Of a stretch of 64,000 nt of DNA, positions 30,032 through 40,800 are shown one piece after another (position 1 is the first letter of the stretch; every line of letters begins with the position of its first letter). The translations under genes were made by a program, and so were the position numbers. The notes beneath the pieces are model-generated. The model made no database searches, was not told the DNA's origin, and was given only the letters and a program-made list of their open reading frames with translations. Location: contig OZ244960.1 of NCBI GenBank assembly GCA_965222605.1, forward strand, positions 5,600,001 through 5,664,000, read 5' to 3'. Source of the stretch: Candidatus Latescibacterota bacterium (GTDB taxonomy: Bacteria; Latescibacterota; UBA2968).

Positions 30032-30696
30032 ATGATAAATGGATGATATCGATGACATTTTATCGCTTTTGTTGGTGGCTGGCCTACGGGCTGGCCGTTG
30101 TTCTCTTTCGGTTACGGGTCGAAGGTCGGCGTCATATACCCCAGTCGGGTGCTTTAATTTTCGCTGCTAATCATTGTTCTTACGTCGATCCCATTATTAT
30201 TGGAGTTGCGGCAGGACGCGAACTTTGGTATCTTGCTAAGGCTGAACTATTTCCTATTCCGTTGCTGGGAAAGTTGATTCACAGGTTGCACGCGATGCCC
30301 GTTGATAGAAGCCGTGGAGACCGCAGCGCATTTTTGGCCTGGACAAAAACTTTGCAGGCAGGTAATCCCGTGCTCATCTTTCCAGAAGGCACGCGCAATA
30401 AGTGCCCCGGTTTCCTGCGCCCCCGAGCAGGGGTTGGCATGCTGGTTTATCGCACTCAGGCACCTGTGATACCCGTATATCTTTCGGGCACAGTCAATAT
30501 CTGGAAAACGATGGTTGGGTTGGAGCGGTTGCAGGTGCGGTTTGGCGAGCCCATTTTTAGTTGTCCAGAACAATTGTCCGATAGGCGACGCGACGCCTAC
30601 AATTTTATTACTCATGAGGTGATGCGTCATCTCGCGGTTCTCAAGCGAATGCGGCGGAAAGCCGGCACGGTCGCACCCGCTTCCCACAATGGTTAA
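30028..30696 (+). CDS. plsC: lysophospholipid acyltransferase (PlsC-like)
   Basis: NHCSYVD, FPEGTR. Confidence 0.88.
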   Translation: MNDKWMISMTFYRFCWWLAYGLAVVLFRLRVEGRRHIPQSGALIFAANHCSYVDPIIIGVAAGRELWYLAKAELFPIPLLGKLIHRLHAMPVDRSRGDRSAFLAWTKTLQAGNPVLIFPEGTRNKCPGFLRPRAGVGMLVYRTQAPVIPVYLSGTVNIWKTMVGLERLQVRFGEPIFSCPEQLSDRRRDAYNFITHEVMRHLAVLKRMRRKAGTVAPASHNG

Positions 30697-30787
30697 CGAT
30701 AAGGTGTCGGCAGGGTTTGAGCGACGTTGTTCGTCGTTCTTTTTTAATGTTTTGCGCGATTTTTTAGCGTGAAAGGAATTATTTAGT

Positions 30788-32587
30788 ATGGCCGTTAATA
30801 CCCTTCCCAAACCCACCCCTGAAGAAGCACTGGCCGCGCTGGATGAAAGCGAATATAGCGAGGCAGAATTTAATGAAATGATGGAGCTCTACGAGGAGAC
30901 GTTAGAGACCATTAAGCAGGGCGAAATTGTTATGGGCACTGTGAGGTCCATCCACGACGGAATCGTAGTGGTAGATATTGGTTTCAAGTCTGAAGGCGCG
31001 ATTCCTCTCTCTGAGTTTGGCGATCCGCCAGCTATAGAAGAAGGCGATGAAATCGAGGTTTTTTTAGAGAGCATTGAGGATCAAGAAGGCCAGGTGGTGC
31101 TGTCCAAGACCAAAGCTGACTTTATGCGTGTGTGGGATCGCATTAAGGACGCGTATGACAGTGATCAGATTGTTGAGGGGCGTTTGATGAGGCGAATCAA
31201 GGGTGGCATTGTGGTCGATCTTTTCGGCGTCGATGCTTTCTTGCCAGGCTCTCAAATTGACATCAAACAGGTCAAAAATTTTGATCAATTTCTCGGCAAT
31301 GTGTACCCGTTTCGTATTATCAAGCTCAACAAGAATCGCCGAAATATTGTCATTTCTCGCCGTGTCGTTCTCGAAGAAGAACGCTCCAGGCTGCGCAAAC
31401 AGATTCTCGCCACATTGGAAGTGGGGCAAGTGCGTCAGGGGTCGGTCAAAAATATCACCGATTTTGGCGCATTTATCGATCTGGGCGGCTTAGACGGGTT
31501 GTTGCATATTACGGATATTGCCTGGGGGCGCGTTGGACATCCATCAGAAGTCTTGTCCATCGGTGAAGAAGTAGAAGTTAAGGTGCTCAATTACGATGAA
31601 AAACGCGAGCGTATTTCGCTGGGTATGAAGCAATTACAAGACCATCCCTGGAAAGGTGTCGAGGAAAAATATCCGGTTGATAGCAAGGTGATAGGCAAAG
31701 TTGTCAGCATTACGGATTATGGGGCTTTTGTCGAGTTGGAGCAGGGTGTCGAAGGGTTGGTACACATTTCTGAAATGTCGTGGACGCAGCATATTCGCCA
31801 TCCTTCCAAGCTGGTCTCCATCAGCGATGAAGTTGAGGTTATGGTCCTGCGGGTTGATCAGGAAGGTCAAAAAATTTCTTTGGGTCTCAAGCAGGTGCAG
31901 CCCGATCCCTGGGAAGATCTCGACCAAAAATATCCCTCAGGAACACCTCTTCGAGGCACTGTGCGCAATTTGACCAATTTTGGGGCCTTTGTCGAAATCG
32001 AAGAGGGGATCGACGGGCTGGTGCATATTTCCGACATGTCCTGGACCAAGCGCATTCGCCATCCAAGCGAAGTAATAAAAAAGGGCCAGGAATTGGATAT
32101 TGTCGTGCTCAATATCGACAAAGAGCGGCGGCGCATCTCGTTGGGGCACAAACAGACCATTGAAAATCCCTGGGCGAAACTGGCTGTTACCTATGCGGTG
32201 GGCAATGCCGTAGAAGGTACTATTTCGCGTATTCTCGAACGCGGGGTGGTCGTTGACCTCGAAGGCCATGTAGAGGGATTTGTGCCGGTCTCCCAACTGG
32301 GTATTGACGATCTTCAACGTCCCGATGAATATTTTGAAGAAGGCGATGGGATGCCGCTGAAAGTCGTGGAGTTTGACGAAGATCAAAAGAAAATTGTATT
32401 GAGCGTGCGAGAGCGTTTGCGCGATGCCGATCAAGATGAAATCGACGCTTTTCAAGCTGCACATCCTCGCCGCGCAGAAGTGGAAGCAGAAGCGGAGGTA
32501 GAAGTGGAAGCAGAAGCTGAGGTGGAAGAAGCAGTGGAAGCAGAAGCGGAAGTAGAGGAAAAAGCACAGAGCAGCAAAGAGGAATAA
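30788..32587 (+). CDS. rpsA: 30S ribosomal protein S1
   Basis: Six S1 repeats (FGAF..GLVHIS), acidic AEVE-repeat tail. Confidence 0.97.
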   Translation: MAVNTLPKPTPEEALAALDESEYSEAEFNEMMELYEETLETIKQGEIVMGTVRSIHDGIVVVDIGFKSEGAIPLSEFGDPPAIEEGDEIEVFLESIEDQEGQVVLSKTKADFMRVWDRIKDAYDSDQIVEGRLMRRIKGGIVVDLFGVDAFLPGSQIDIKQVKNFDQFLGNVYPFRIIKLNKNRRNIVISRRVVLEEERSRLRKQILATLEVGQVRQGSVKNITDFGAFIDLGGLDGLLHITDIAWGRVGHPSEVLSIGEEVEVKVLNYDEKRERISLGMKQLQDHPWKGVEEKYPVDSKVIGKVVSITDYGAFVELEQGVEGLVHISEMSWTQHIRHPSKLVSISDEVEVMVLRVDQEGQKISLGLKQVQPDPWEDLDQKYPSGTPLRGTVRNLTNFGAFVEIEEGIDGLVHISDMSWTKRIRHPSEVIKKGQELDIVVLNIDKERRRISLGHKQTIENPWAKLAVTYAVGNAVEGTISRILERGVVVDLEGHVEGFVPVSQLGIDDLQRPDEYFEEGDGMPLKVVEFDEDQKKIVLSVRERLRDADQDEIDAFQAAHPRRAEVEAEAEVEVEAEAEVEEAVEAEAEVEEKAQSSKEE

Positions 32588-32667
32588 GATTGCTCAGATG
32601 TGTCAGGAGGTACAAAGCGTTGGGGCATATCGTCTCAACGCTTTGTTTTTTCAAATGGCTGGGTTTC

Positions 32668-34023
32668 ATGCGAGATCAAAAGACAGTTGCGTTTTATACG
32701 CTTGGTTGTAAGCTCAATACCTACGACACACAGTGGTATGCCGAGCAGTTTGTGGCGCAGGGGTATCGCGAGGTACCGTTTGGCGAGTTGGCAGATGTTA
32801 CTGTCGTCAATACCTGCACTGTGACAGGTCAAGGGGACGCGCAGTCGCGCAAGGCATTGCGCAAAGCGCATCGGATTTCGCCCACAGGTACCGTGGTCGC
32901 GGTGGGGTGTTATGCACAAACCGATCCCGATGCCCTATCTGCAATGCCCGAAGTCGATCTGGTGGTCGGAACAGTAGAGCGGACGCAACTTCTCGACCTG
33001 GTAAATAATACCTGTTCTTTGGGGCGCACATTTGTGACGCGCAGTCGCACAGCTGATTTTCAGGATATGGATATTTACAATTTTGGCGGGCGCGCTCGGG
33101 CTTTTGTCAAAATTCAGGAAGGGTGTAACGAATTTTGCTCGTTTTGCATTATTCCGTTTGCGCGTGGGCGCAGTCGCAGTCGGACAATTGAGAGTACCTT
33201 GTCGCAGGTTGAAAAGTTGGTGGCAGCAGGCTATAGAGAGGTGGTGCTGACGGGGGTACATATTGGCGATTACGGCGTGGATTTGGAGGAGCGCGACTTG
33301 TTGCAGGTGCTGGAGGCTATTGAGCGGGTTAACGGATTAGAACGCTTTCGCGTGAGTTCAATTGAAGCGACTTATGTGACCGATGCCATGATCGATTTTT
33401 TTGCGTCGAGCCAGAAGTTTTGCAGGCATTTGCATATTCCATTGCAAAGCGGTGACAATGGTGTGTTGAAGGCGATGCGCCGTCCCTATACGCGGGGGCA
33501 GTATATTGCGCTGATTGAAAAACTCGCAGATCGGATTCCCGATGTGGGCATTGGCGGCGATGTGATGGTGGGGTTCCCCGGCGAGTCGGATGAGGCATTT
33601 CAAAATACGCGCGATTTGATTGCCAATTATCCCATGACGTATTTGCACGTATTTCCGTATTCGCCGCGCGGCAAAACGCCTGCAGCGCGCCTGCAAAACC
33701 AGGTTGATCCACGGGTGAAAAAGCAACGCGGCGCAATACTTCGCAAATTGGGACAGCAACAGGTGGCGGCATTTCAAGCGCGGTTTATTGGGCGCACATT
33801 GCCCGTGCTTTTTGAAAACCGCCGCAATGGACAGCTTTTACAGGGGTTGACCGATAATTATATCCGCGTGGTTGCACCAGCCCCAGATGCCGCGTGCGAA
33901 CAGATTGTCGATGTGCGCTTGCAGCGGGCTGAAGACGATGTGGTCGTCGGAGAATTGGCGGGTTTTGAGCGCGAAATAGTGCAGCATCACGCGCGGGAAT
34001 TATTACAAGTGCAAAGTGCATAA
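32668..34023 (+). CDS. mtaB: tRNA t6A37 methylthiotransferase
   Basis: TLGCKLN, NTCTVT, GCNEFCSFC, GLTDNY. Confidence 0.9.
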   Translation: MRDQKTVAFYTLGCKLNTYDTQWYAEQFVAQGYREVPFGELADVTVVNTCTVTGQGDAQSRKALRKAHRISPTGTVVAVGCYAQTDPDALSAMPEVDLVVGTVERTQLLDLVNNTCSLGRTFVTRSRTADFQDMDIYNFGGRARAFVKIQEGCNEFCSFCIIPFARGRSRSRTIESTLSQVEKLVAAGYREVVLTGVHIGDYGVDLEERDLLQVLEAIERVNGLERFRVSSIEATYVTDAMIDFFASSQKFCRHLHIPLQSGDNGVLKAMRRPYTRGQYIALIEKLADRIPDVGIGGDVMVGFPGESDEAFQNTRDLIANYPMTYLHVFPYSPRGKTPAARLQNQVDPRVKKQRGAILRKLGQQQVAAFQARFIGRTLPVLFENRRNGQLLQGLTDNYIRVVAPAPDAACEQIVDVRLQRAEDDVVVGELAGFEREIVQHHARELLQVQSA

Positions 34024-34042
34024 CGCGAAATTTGGACATGAC

Positions 34043-34077
34043 AGGCCGATTCCAAAGGGAATTGGCCTTTTTTTTTT
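34043..34077 (+). terminator. intrinsic terminator
   Basis: AGGCCGATTCC-loop-GGAATTGGCCT followed by T-run. Confidence 0.85.
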
Positions 34078-34166
34078 CGAAATTCTGAGTATATTCCCGA
34101 TGAGAAAGAATTTTTGTATTTGTTAAAGGCGATTATTGCGATCTAACAAAACAAAGGAGTGAGGTT

Positions 34167-34733
34167 ATGTCTTTTGACACAGGTGCTTATGGCAATGTTT
34201 TTGCGGGATTGATTTCCGAGAAGCGGTTGAATCCACTGGATGGCGGCGAAGAGAATACCGCGGCGAAAAGCGCACTCGACGCGCTGACTGTGGCGTCTGC
34301 ATTTGCCGGCAAAACAGTGGTGGATGAAGATATGGCACGGGTCTGTATTTCTGGTATGTTGTTGTATCACAACTTTTTAGATACGTCTCACACCATCAGT
34401 CAGGGTATTCACACAGCGACAGGAAGTTATTGGCACGGCATCATGCATCGCCGCGAACCCGATTTTTCCAATTCAAAATACTGGTTTGGCAAAGTGGGCA
34501 ACCACGCCATTTTTGATGATTTGTGCAAGGCGGCGGCCAGCATTGCAGGTGGCGTTTCCGGCGCGCCAGAGTTTTTGACGACGCAAGCACATTGGGATGC
34601 AGGTGCCTATGTCGATCTGTGTGCCGATGCTCTTGAAGGGCGTTCTGCACACGATGCGCTTTGCCGCGAAATCCAATTGCGCGAGTGGGAGTTGTTGTTT
34701 GATTATTCGTATCGAAAAGCGGTAGGGGAATGA
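34167..34733 (+). CDS. conserved hypothetical protein
   Basis: SD AAGGAG; SHTISQ, YWHGIMHRREPD..NSKYW, EWELLF motifs. Confidence 0.75.
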   Translation: MSFDTGAYGNVFAGLISEKRLNPLDGGEENTAAKSALDALTVASAFAGKTVVDEDMARVCISGMLLYHNFLDTSHTISQGIHTATGSYWHGIMHRREPDFSNSKYWFGKVGNHAIFDDLCKAAASIAGGVSGAPEFLTTQAHWDAGAYVDLCADALEGRSAHDALCREIQLREWELLFDYSYRKAVGE

Positions 34734-34753
34734 GAAGCCTTTAGAGGATTGGG

Positions 34754-37378
34754 ATGGCGACACACACAACACCAGCGATGGAGCAATACGCGCGTTTTAA
34801 GGAGCAGCATCCGGATGCGATTTTGCTATTTCGGATGGGCGATTTTTACGAGATGTTTTACGATGATGCCGTTGTTGCATCTCAGCTTTTGGGTTTGACA
34901 TTGACATCGCGCAACAATGGGCGTGCAGATCGCATCCCACTGGCAGGTGTTCCGTATCACGCGCTGGATACCTATCTCGCAAGACTCATCAGAGCCGGAA
35001 AAAAGGTGGCGATTTGCGAGCAGATGGAGCCGCCGCAAAAGGGCAAAAAAGTGGTGCGCCGAGAGGTGGTGCAGGTTGTATCGCCGGGAACGGTAATGTC
35101 CGATGATTTGCTCGATCAGAAGCGCAATAATTACCTCGTGGGCATTTTTGTTTCTGACGATCAATTGGGCATGGCAACAGCGGATTTATCAACGGGAATG
35201 TTCCGGGCATCGGAACGCGCGGCTGATGATTTATGGGAGATATTGGAGCGCGTGGCTCCCGCAGAGGTGCTGGCACCTGAGTCGTGGGCCAAAGACAACG
35301 AAGCCGAGTTTGAAGCGCGGATGCCGGATGCATTGCTCACGCATATAGAAGATTGGCATTTTGGACAGCATTATGCGTACGATGCGCTAAAGGAACATTT
35401 CAAGGTGGCGTCTCTCAAGGGCTTCGGATGCGATGATCTCACCGTTGGGATATGCGCCGCGGGTGGGGTGCTGTGTTATTTGCGCGAAAATCAGAAGGGA
35501 GCCGTATCCCACATTACGCGATTGGCGCGCGAACACACCGGGTCAGTTATGGAACTGGATCTGGTGACACAGCGCAATTTGGAACTGGTTACTACTATTC
35601 AAGAGGGACGGCGCGAGGGCACGCTATTTGGGGTTTTAGATCAGACGTGTACGCCTCAGGGCGCGCGAACGCTGCGTACATGGTTATCACAGCCACTTGT
35701 GGATGTCCGCCGCATTGAAGCGCGCTTAGATGCAGTGCAAGCATTTGTCGAATCCGCGTCGCATCGGGATGAGGCGCGCGAAGCCCTGCGCCGCGTTGGA
35801 GACCTGGAGCGGTTGATGTCCCGAATTTGTTGCAATCGGGCAAATCCGCGCGAGCTTGTGGCTCTTCGGCGGTCTTTAGAAGCGGTTGTTCCCCTCCGAG
35901 AAACCCTGCGTGAATTTCGCGCGGATTTGCTGGCGCGGGCGCGCGATCAGGGTATGCCCGACCTGACAGAGTTGATTGATTTGATCGCTCGCACGCTTGA
36001 AGATGATCCACCCGTTCAGATTAGCGATGGCGGATATATCAGAGCGGGCTATCACAAAGAACTGGATGAATTGCGGGAAATCGCCTCGGGCGGGCGCAAT
36101 TGGGTTGCCAATTTGCAGGCAGATGAACGCGAGAAAACGGGTATCGCGTCGTTGAAGGTGGGGTATAATAAGGCATTTGGATATTATATTGAGGTCACCA
36201 AGGCCAATCAGGATAAGGTGCCCGCGTATTTTGTGCGCAAGCAAACACTGGTCAATGCCGAGCGATATATCACGCCTGAGTTAAAGGATTGGGAGGCGAA
36301 AATTTTGGGCGCTGATGAGCGGGCCAAAGATCTCGAACGCGATTTGTTTGCCGCGTTGCGCGAAGAGGTGGCCGGTTGGGTGGAACCCGTGCAGCGCACG
36401 GCACTATCCGTGGCAACGGTAGATGTGCTGGGTACTTTGGCCGAGGTGGCGTCCTCCAATGATTATGTGCGTCCTCAGGTGGATGATAGCGTGCGTATTG
36501 ATGTGAAAGAAGGCCGACATCCCGCGGTTGAACAGTTGCTTCCGGGCGGTAATTTTGTGCCCAATGATTTGACGACTGATGGCGAAAACGATCAAATTCT
36601 GCTGATTACCGGTCCAAATATGTCGGGGAAATCGACGATTTTGCGCCAGACCGGGTTGATTGTGCTTTTGGCACAGGTCGGCAGTTTTGTACCGGCGCGC
36701 GAAGCGCGTATTGGGATGGTGGATCGCATTTTTACACGGGTGGGTGCATCCGATAATCTGGCGCGGGGCGAGAGTACGTTTTTGGTGGAGATGAATGAGG
36801 CGGCGAATATTTTGAATAATGCGACGCCGAAAAGTCTGGTGCTTTTGGACGAAATTGGACGCGGGACGAGTACGTTTGACGGGCTGAGCATTGCGTGGGC
36901 AATGACGGAGTATTTGCACAATGCCGAACAGATTCAGCCGCGGACGTTGTTTGCGACGCATTATCACGAGTTGACAGAATTGGAGGATTTGCTGCCGCGG
37001 GTGGTGAATTACAGCGTTGCCGTGCGCGAGTCGGGCGATACCATCGCGTTTTTGCATAAATTGGTGCCGGGCGGGTGCGATCACAGCTACGGTATTGAGG
37101 TGGCGCGCCTGGCCGGGATGCCAGCAGAGATGATTGCGCGTGCAAAGGAGATTTTGACTCGACTGGAGCAAAACGATCTGTCGGTGGGATCAAAACCCCA
37201 ACCCGATCGCGTGAAGGAGAACGGGCAGATGCCTCTGTTTGCGCCAGCAGCAGAAGTAAAGGTTGAAACGAAAGATCACCCGATGCTGTCTGAGTTGCGC
37301 GATTTAGACATCGCCCATCTCACGCCGGTTGAGGCGCTGGTAAAATTGGATGCGTGGAAGCGGGCGTTGGAAGAATGA
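34754..37378 (+). CDS. mutS: DNA mismatch repair protein MutS
   Basis: GDFYEMF, TGPNMSGKST, DEIGRGTST, ATHYHEL, SYGIEVA. Confidence 0.98.
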   Translation: MATHTTPAMEQYARFKEQHPDAILLFRMGDFYEMFYDDAVVASQLLGLTLTSRNNGRADRIPLAGVPYHALDTYLARLIRAGKKVAICEQMEPPQKGKKVVRREVVQVVSPGTVMSDDLLDQKRNNYLVGIFVSDDQLGMATADLSTGMFRASERAADDLWEILERVAPAEVLAPESWAKDNEAEFEARMPDALLTHIEDWHFGQHYAYDALKEHFKVASLKGFGCDDLTVGICAAGGVLCYLRENQKGAVSHITRLAREHTGSVMELDLVTQRNLELVTTIQEGRREGTLFGVLDQTCTPQGARTLRTWLSQPLVDVRRIEARLDAVQAFVESASHRDEAREALRRVGDLERLMSRICCNRANPRELVALRRSLEAVVPLRETLREFRADLLARARDQGMPDLTELIDLIARTLEDDPPVQISDGGYIRAGYHKELDELREIASGGRNWVANLQADEREKTGIASLKVGYNKAFGYYIEVTKANQDKVPAYFVRKQTLVNAERYITPELKDWEAKILGADERAKDLERDLFAALREEVAGWVEPVQRTALSVATVDVLGTLAEVASSNDYVRPQVDDSVRIDVKEGRHPAVEQLLPGGNFVPNDLTTDGENDQILLITGPNMSGKSTILRQTGLIVLLAQVGSFVPAREARIGMVDRIFTRVGASDNLARGESTFLVEMNEAANILNNATPKSLVLLDEIGRGTSTFDGLSIAWAMTEYLHNAEQIQPRTLFATHYHELTELEDLLPRVVNYSVAVRESGDTIAFLHKLVPGGCDHSYGIEVARLAGMPAEMIARAKEILTRLEQNDLSVGSKPQPDRVKENGQMPLFAPAAEVKVETKDHPMLSELRDLDIAHLTPVEALVKLDAWKRALEE
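37314..37370 (+). repeat. mutS 3'-end direct repeat, copy 1 (partner 41929-41985)
   Basis: 53/57 identical by manual alignment; weaker similarity extends back to ~37286. Confidence 0.9.
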
Positions 37379-37394
37379 TTTGGAGATAGATGAA

Positions 37395-37763
37395 ATGGTA
37401 ACCGTTGATTTGCGGAAGGAAGCAAGACAGATTCTCGATGGGCTTTCCGATGAGAGTTTGGAGGTGGTAGTCAAGTTGCTGAGTTCTCTCAAAGATCGAG
37501 AGTGTCCCAAACGGACTGATCTGTTGTCAATCTATCCGTGGGTGCGTTACCTATCCGATGCGGAATGCAACGAATTTTTCGAGGAACTCTCAAATGCCGC
37601 AAAGGACAATGGTACAGGTGTTGATGAAGTGGTCAACGCCTGGCGGGAGACAGCAGAAATTCTCGCCGCCCCTGACACAATGGCCGACATTGCCGAATCA
37701 GAAAAACAACTCGCAAATGGTGAGGGGGTTTCTTGGGACAGGGTGAAGCAAAACGCAATATAG
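37395..37763 (+). CDS. hypothetical protein, antitoxin-like
   Basis: SD GGAG; PWVRYLS..E..EF, AWRETAEILA, GEGVSW typical of Phd/YefM-like C-termini. Confidence 0.55.
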   Translation: MVTVDLRKEARQILDGLSDESLEVVVKLLSSLKDRECPKRTDLLSIYPWVRYLSDAECNEFFEELSNAAKDNGTGVDEVVNAWRETAEILAAPDTMADIAESEKQLANGEGVSWDRVKQNAI

Positions 37764-37804
37764 GCTTTTTTGACCATCTTTTAGTATTGTGATTCGAGAA
37801 ATAA

Positions 37805-40800
37805 ATGGCAGAGCATCAGGAAGAAAAACAAGTCCTAACAGCAGATCCCAAGCGTCAAGCAAATGACGCGCTAAGGGGATACGTCTATCAAATCTGGCAC
37901 AGTGTGCATGCTTGGATCAGCCTTGATGAAGATGAAATCCTCTATCTGGAAGGAGCGGAAGACTTTGACCAGGTATCAGATGACACTGCTACGGCAGTGC
38001 AAGTCAAAGACACGCAACACAAGATTACGCTCAGATCTCAGGAAGTGAATGACGCGATTAGTCACTATTGGGATTTGCAAGCCAATCATCCTGATCTGAG
38101 TGTGAAATTTCGTTTTCTCACCCGATCTAAGATTGGTGCGGAACGAGGTAATCCATTTGGAAAAGGACAGATGGGTCTTCATGTATGGAGCCATTGTTCG
38201 AGTGATGAAGCAGCTATCACAAAAATCTCCAAATTTTTACAAAATGAAGGGAAAATATCAAAGGAAGTAGATGATTTTCTGAAAAATTCGACACCTCAAG
38301 AAATTTATGAACGTCTCATTGAACCTATTTCTTGGGAGACAGATAGTAAAGAAGCCAGTTTTGTTGAGAAATCCATAAGTGATAAACTGATTCTTCATGG
38401 TCATCAATACGGAATCCCACCATCTGCTGCCAGCAAAGTTGTTGATCATCTTATCAAAGAAGCCTTGCTGGTCGCAACACAAAAGGAAAAACGCGAGCTT
38501 ACCCTAGTGCGTTTTCTCGAAATTTTTGAGGAGAAAACAACTCAAAGGGTTCCAATTCAGCATTTACAGGCACTACAAATGCAGACCACAATGGCGGATT
38601 CCTTTAGAGCATTATCCATGGGGGGTTCGTCTGATATTACTATTCAATCTCAGTCTCGCATACTAACGACTATCCCACCCCTTTATCCCGATGTTACTCC
38701 AAGAAAAGATTTGCTCACAAGCATCCAGGCTCAACTCCAATCAGAGGGTATAGCTGTAATCCAGGGAGGATCGGGAAGAGGGAAGACCACACTCGCAAAC
38801 TTGACCGCAAGTGCTCTAAGCGGTTCATGGTTTTGGTTGAATTTCCCTAATAGTGATTCATCACAGAATGTCCAACTTTTACAGCAACTTGCTATTGCAG
38901 TAAGTAATCAATCCTCACCGGTCAACATCGTCCTTGATGACCTGAACTTACAACCTCAAGAGTTGCGGCAGTATGAAGAAATTTTGGGTGTCATCGTTTA
39001 TAGGGTAAGGGAACGTGGTGCAAAATTGTTGATCACAAGCCAAAATAAGCTACCCAATAATCTCATCCGTCGCCTCGGTATACCACAGTCTGTATCCATC
39101 CATGTTCCTGACTTTACCATATCCGAAATTGAGCAATTTGCACAACAATTGGGATGCCCCCCTGATCGCGCAAATCCTTCGGCAAAATTGATTCAATTCC
39201 ATACCGGAGGGCATCCGAGACTGGTACACGCTCGACTCGATCAATTAAGAGAGACAGACTGGCAGCAATATAAAAACGAAAGTATCTTGCAAACACCTCC
39301 AGAAGTGATAGAAGAGCGTGAAGAAGCGCGACAATTGCTTATAGACTTGCCAGAAGATCAGCGAGAATTTCTCTATAGGCTTAGTTTGCTATCTACCGCA
39401 TTTAGGAAAGATTATGCACACAACATTGGCGAGATACCAGAATCCATACCCTATCCAGGTGATGTTTTTAGCCAACTGGTCGGTCCTTGGATAGATCCAG
39501 TAAATGAAACATACTACACAATCTCCCCTTTGTTGGATAACGCGGCCAAGCAGGTTTGGTCGGAAAGCAAGATAAATGACCTCCACACCCAGATTGCAAA
39601 TGCAGTCCTCAAAGCAACGGATCTAACCACAATAGAAGCGCGGGCTGTTCTCGTACATAGTATGCAAGGACAGAACCAAAAAGGTCTTACTGCTATTCTT
39701 CAGGCATTGCTTGCCACGCCAGAGAGCAAGTGGTACCAACTTAGCCAAGAATTCTCATGGTTGATACACGTCAAAATCGACCCCTCTAAAAAATTATTTA
39801 TTGGGGACGCCTTTATAAATCATCTATTTCGGTCATTGCAATATCGCATTGCGGTTGAGGTGGAACCTGAGTTTGCGCCGAAGATACTTGAAATTTGGGA
39901 TAAAGAAATCCAGCCATACGAGCCGCATAAGTCATATCTGCTGTGTCGCCTAACGCTGGCGACACAGGCATTGGTGTATTGTCAAGTGCCACTATCAGTA
40001 AAACAGATGGTAGGCTATCTCAAAGAAATTATTGATATAAAAGACTATGATAAAGAGGTACAAGAAATATATGGTAACTTTGAGGGACAATTAGAAGAAC
40101 CTGGAACTGATAAAGCCAATTTTTTGAGCACCTTATTTAGCTTTATCTTGGCGCGCCCTCCTATCTATGCTCCAGACCTCAGCGACCTTATTGATGCACT
40201 GGATGAGATTCAACCTAACCATAGGGCTTTATTATTAGCTAATTTCGAGAATGACGGCACTGATTCTCGGATTTTGGTTGATGGTATCTGGGTGGGGGAA
40301 TCAGGCCTTAAGCAGCCCAATTGGACAAGATGCCTTCAAGTATATGACAAACTAATTGAAAGAACCATCGATTGGGGCTATCCTCATATTGCTGCGACAG
40401 TTGCAAGACGTAAAGCCATCATCCATAATGAATACTTGCACGACCCGGATACTGCCTATAAAGTTCTTCAAGATATGGAAACAACAGTGGGGATATCATC
40501 AGTAATAGAAGAAGGACGGGCTGCAGTCTATTTTTATCATAACCATTACAAAGAAGCACTCAATATTTACGAGCGTATTCTCTCGGAATGGGACCCATCT
40601 TCAAAAAAGTTAGGCTTGTTACCTTCAAATTGGTGTCGTCAAGCTGCTATCTGTGCTGCTCATTTGGGTAATTGGGAAAAAGCGGCTACCTTCTTTGAAG
40701 ATGGGGCAAAAAGAGCTAAAGAGAATTATGGCACTGAACAATATATTGGTTTATATGCAGATGCGGGATTCGCGCAGTTTAAGGCAGGCAATGTCCGGGA

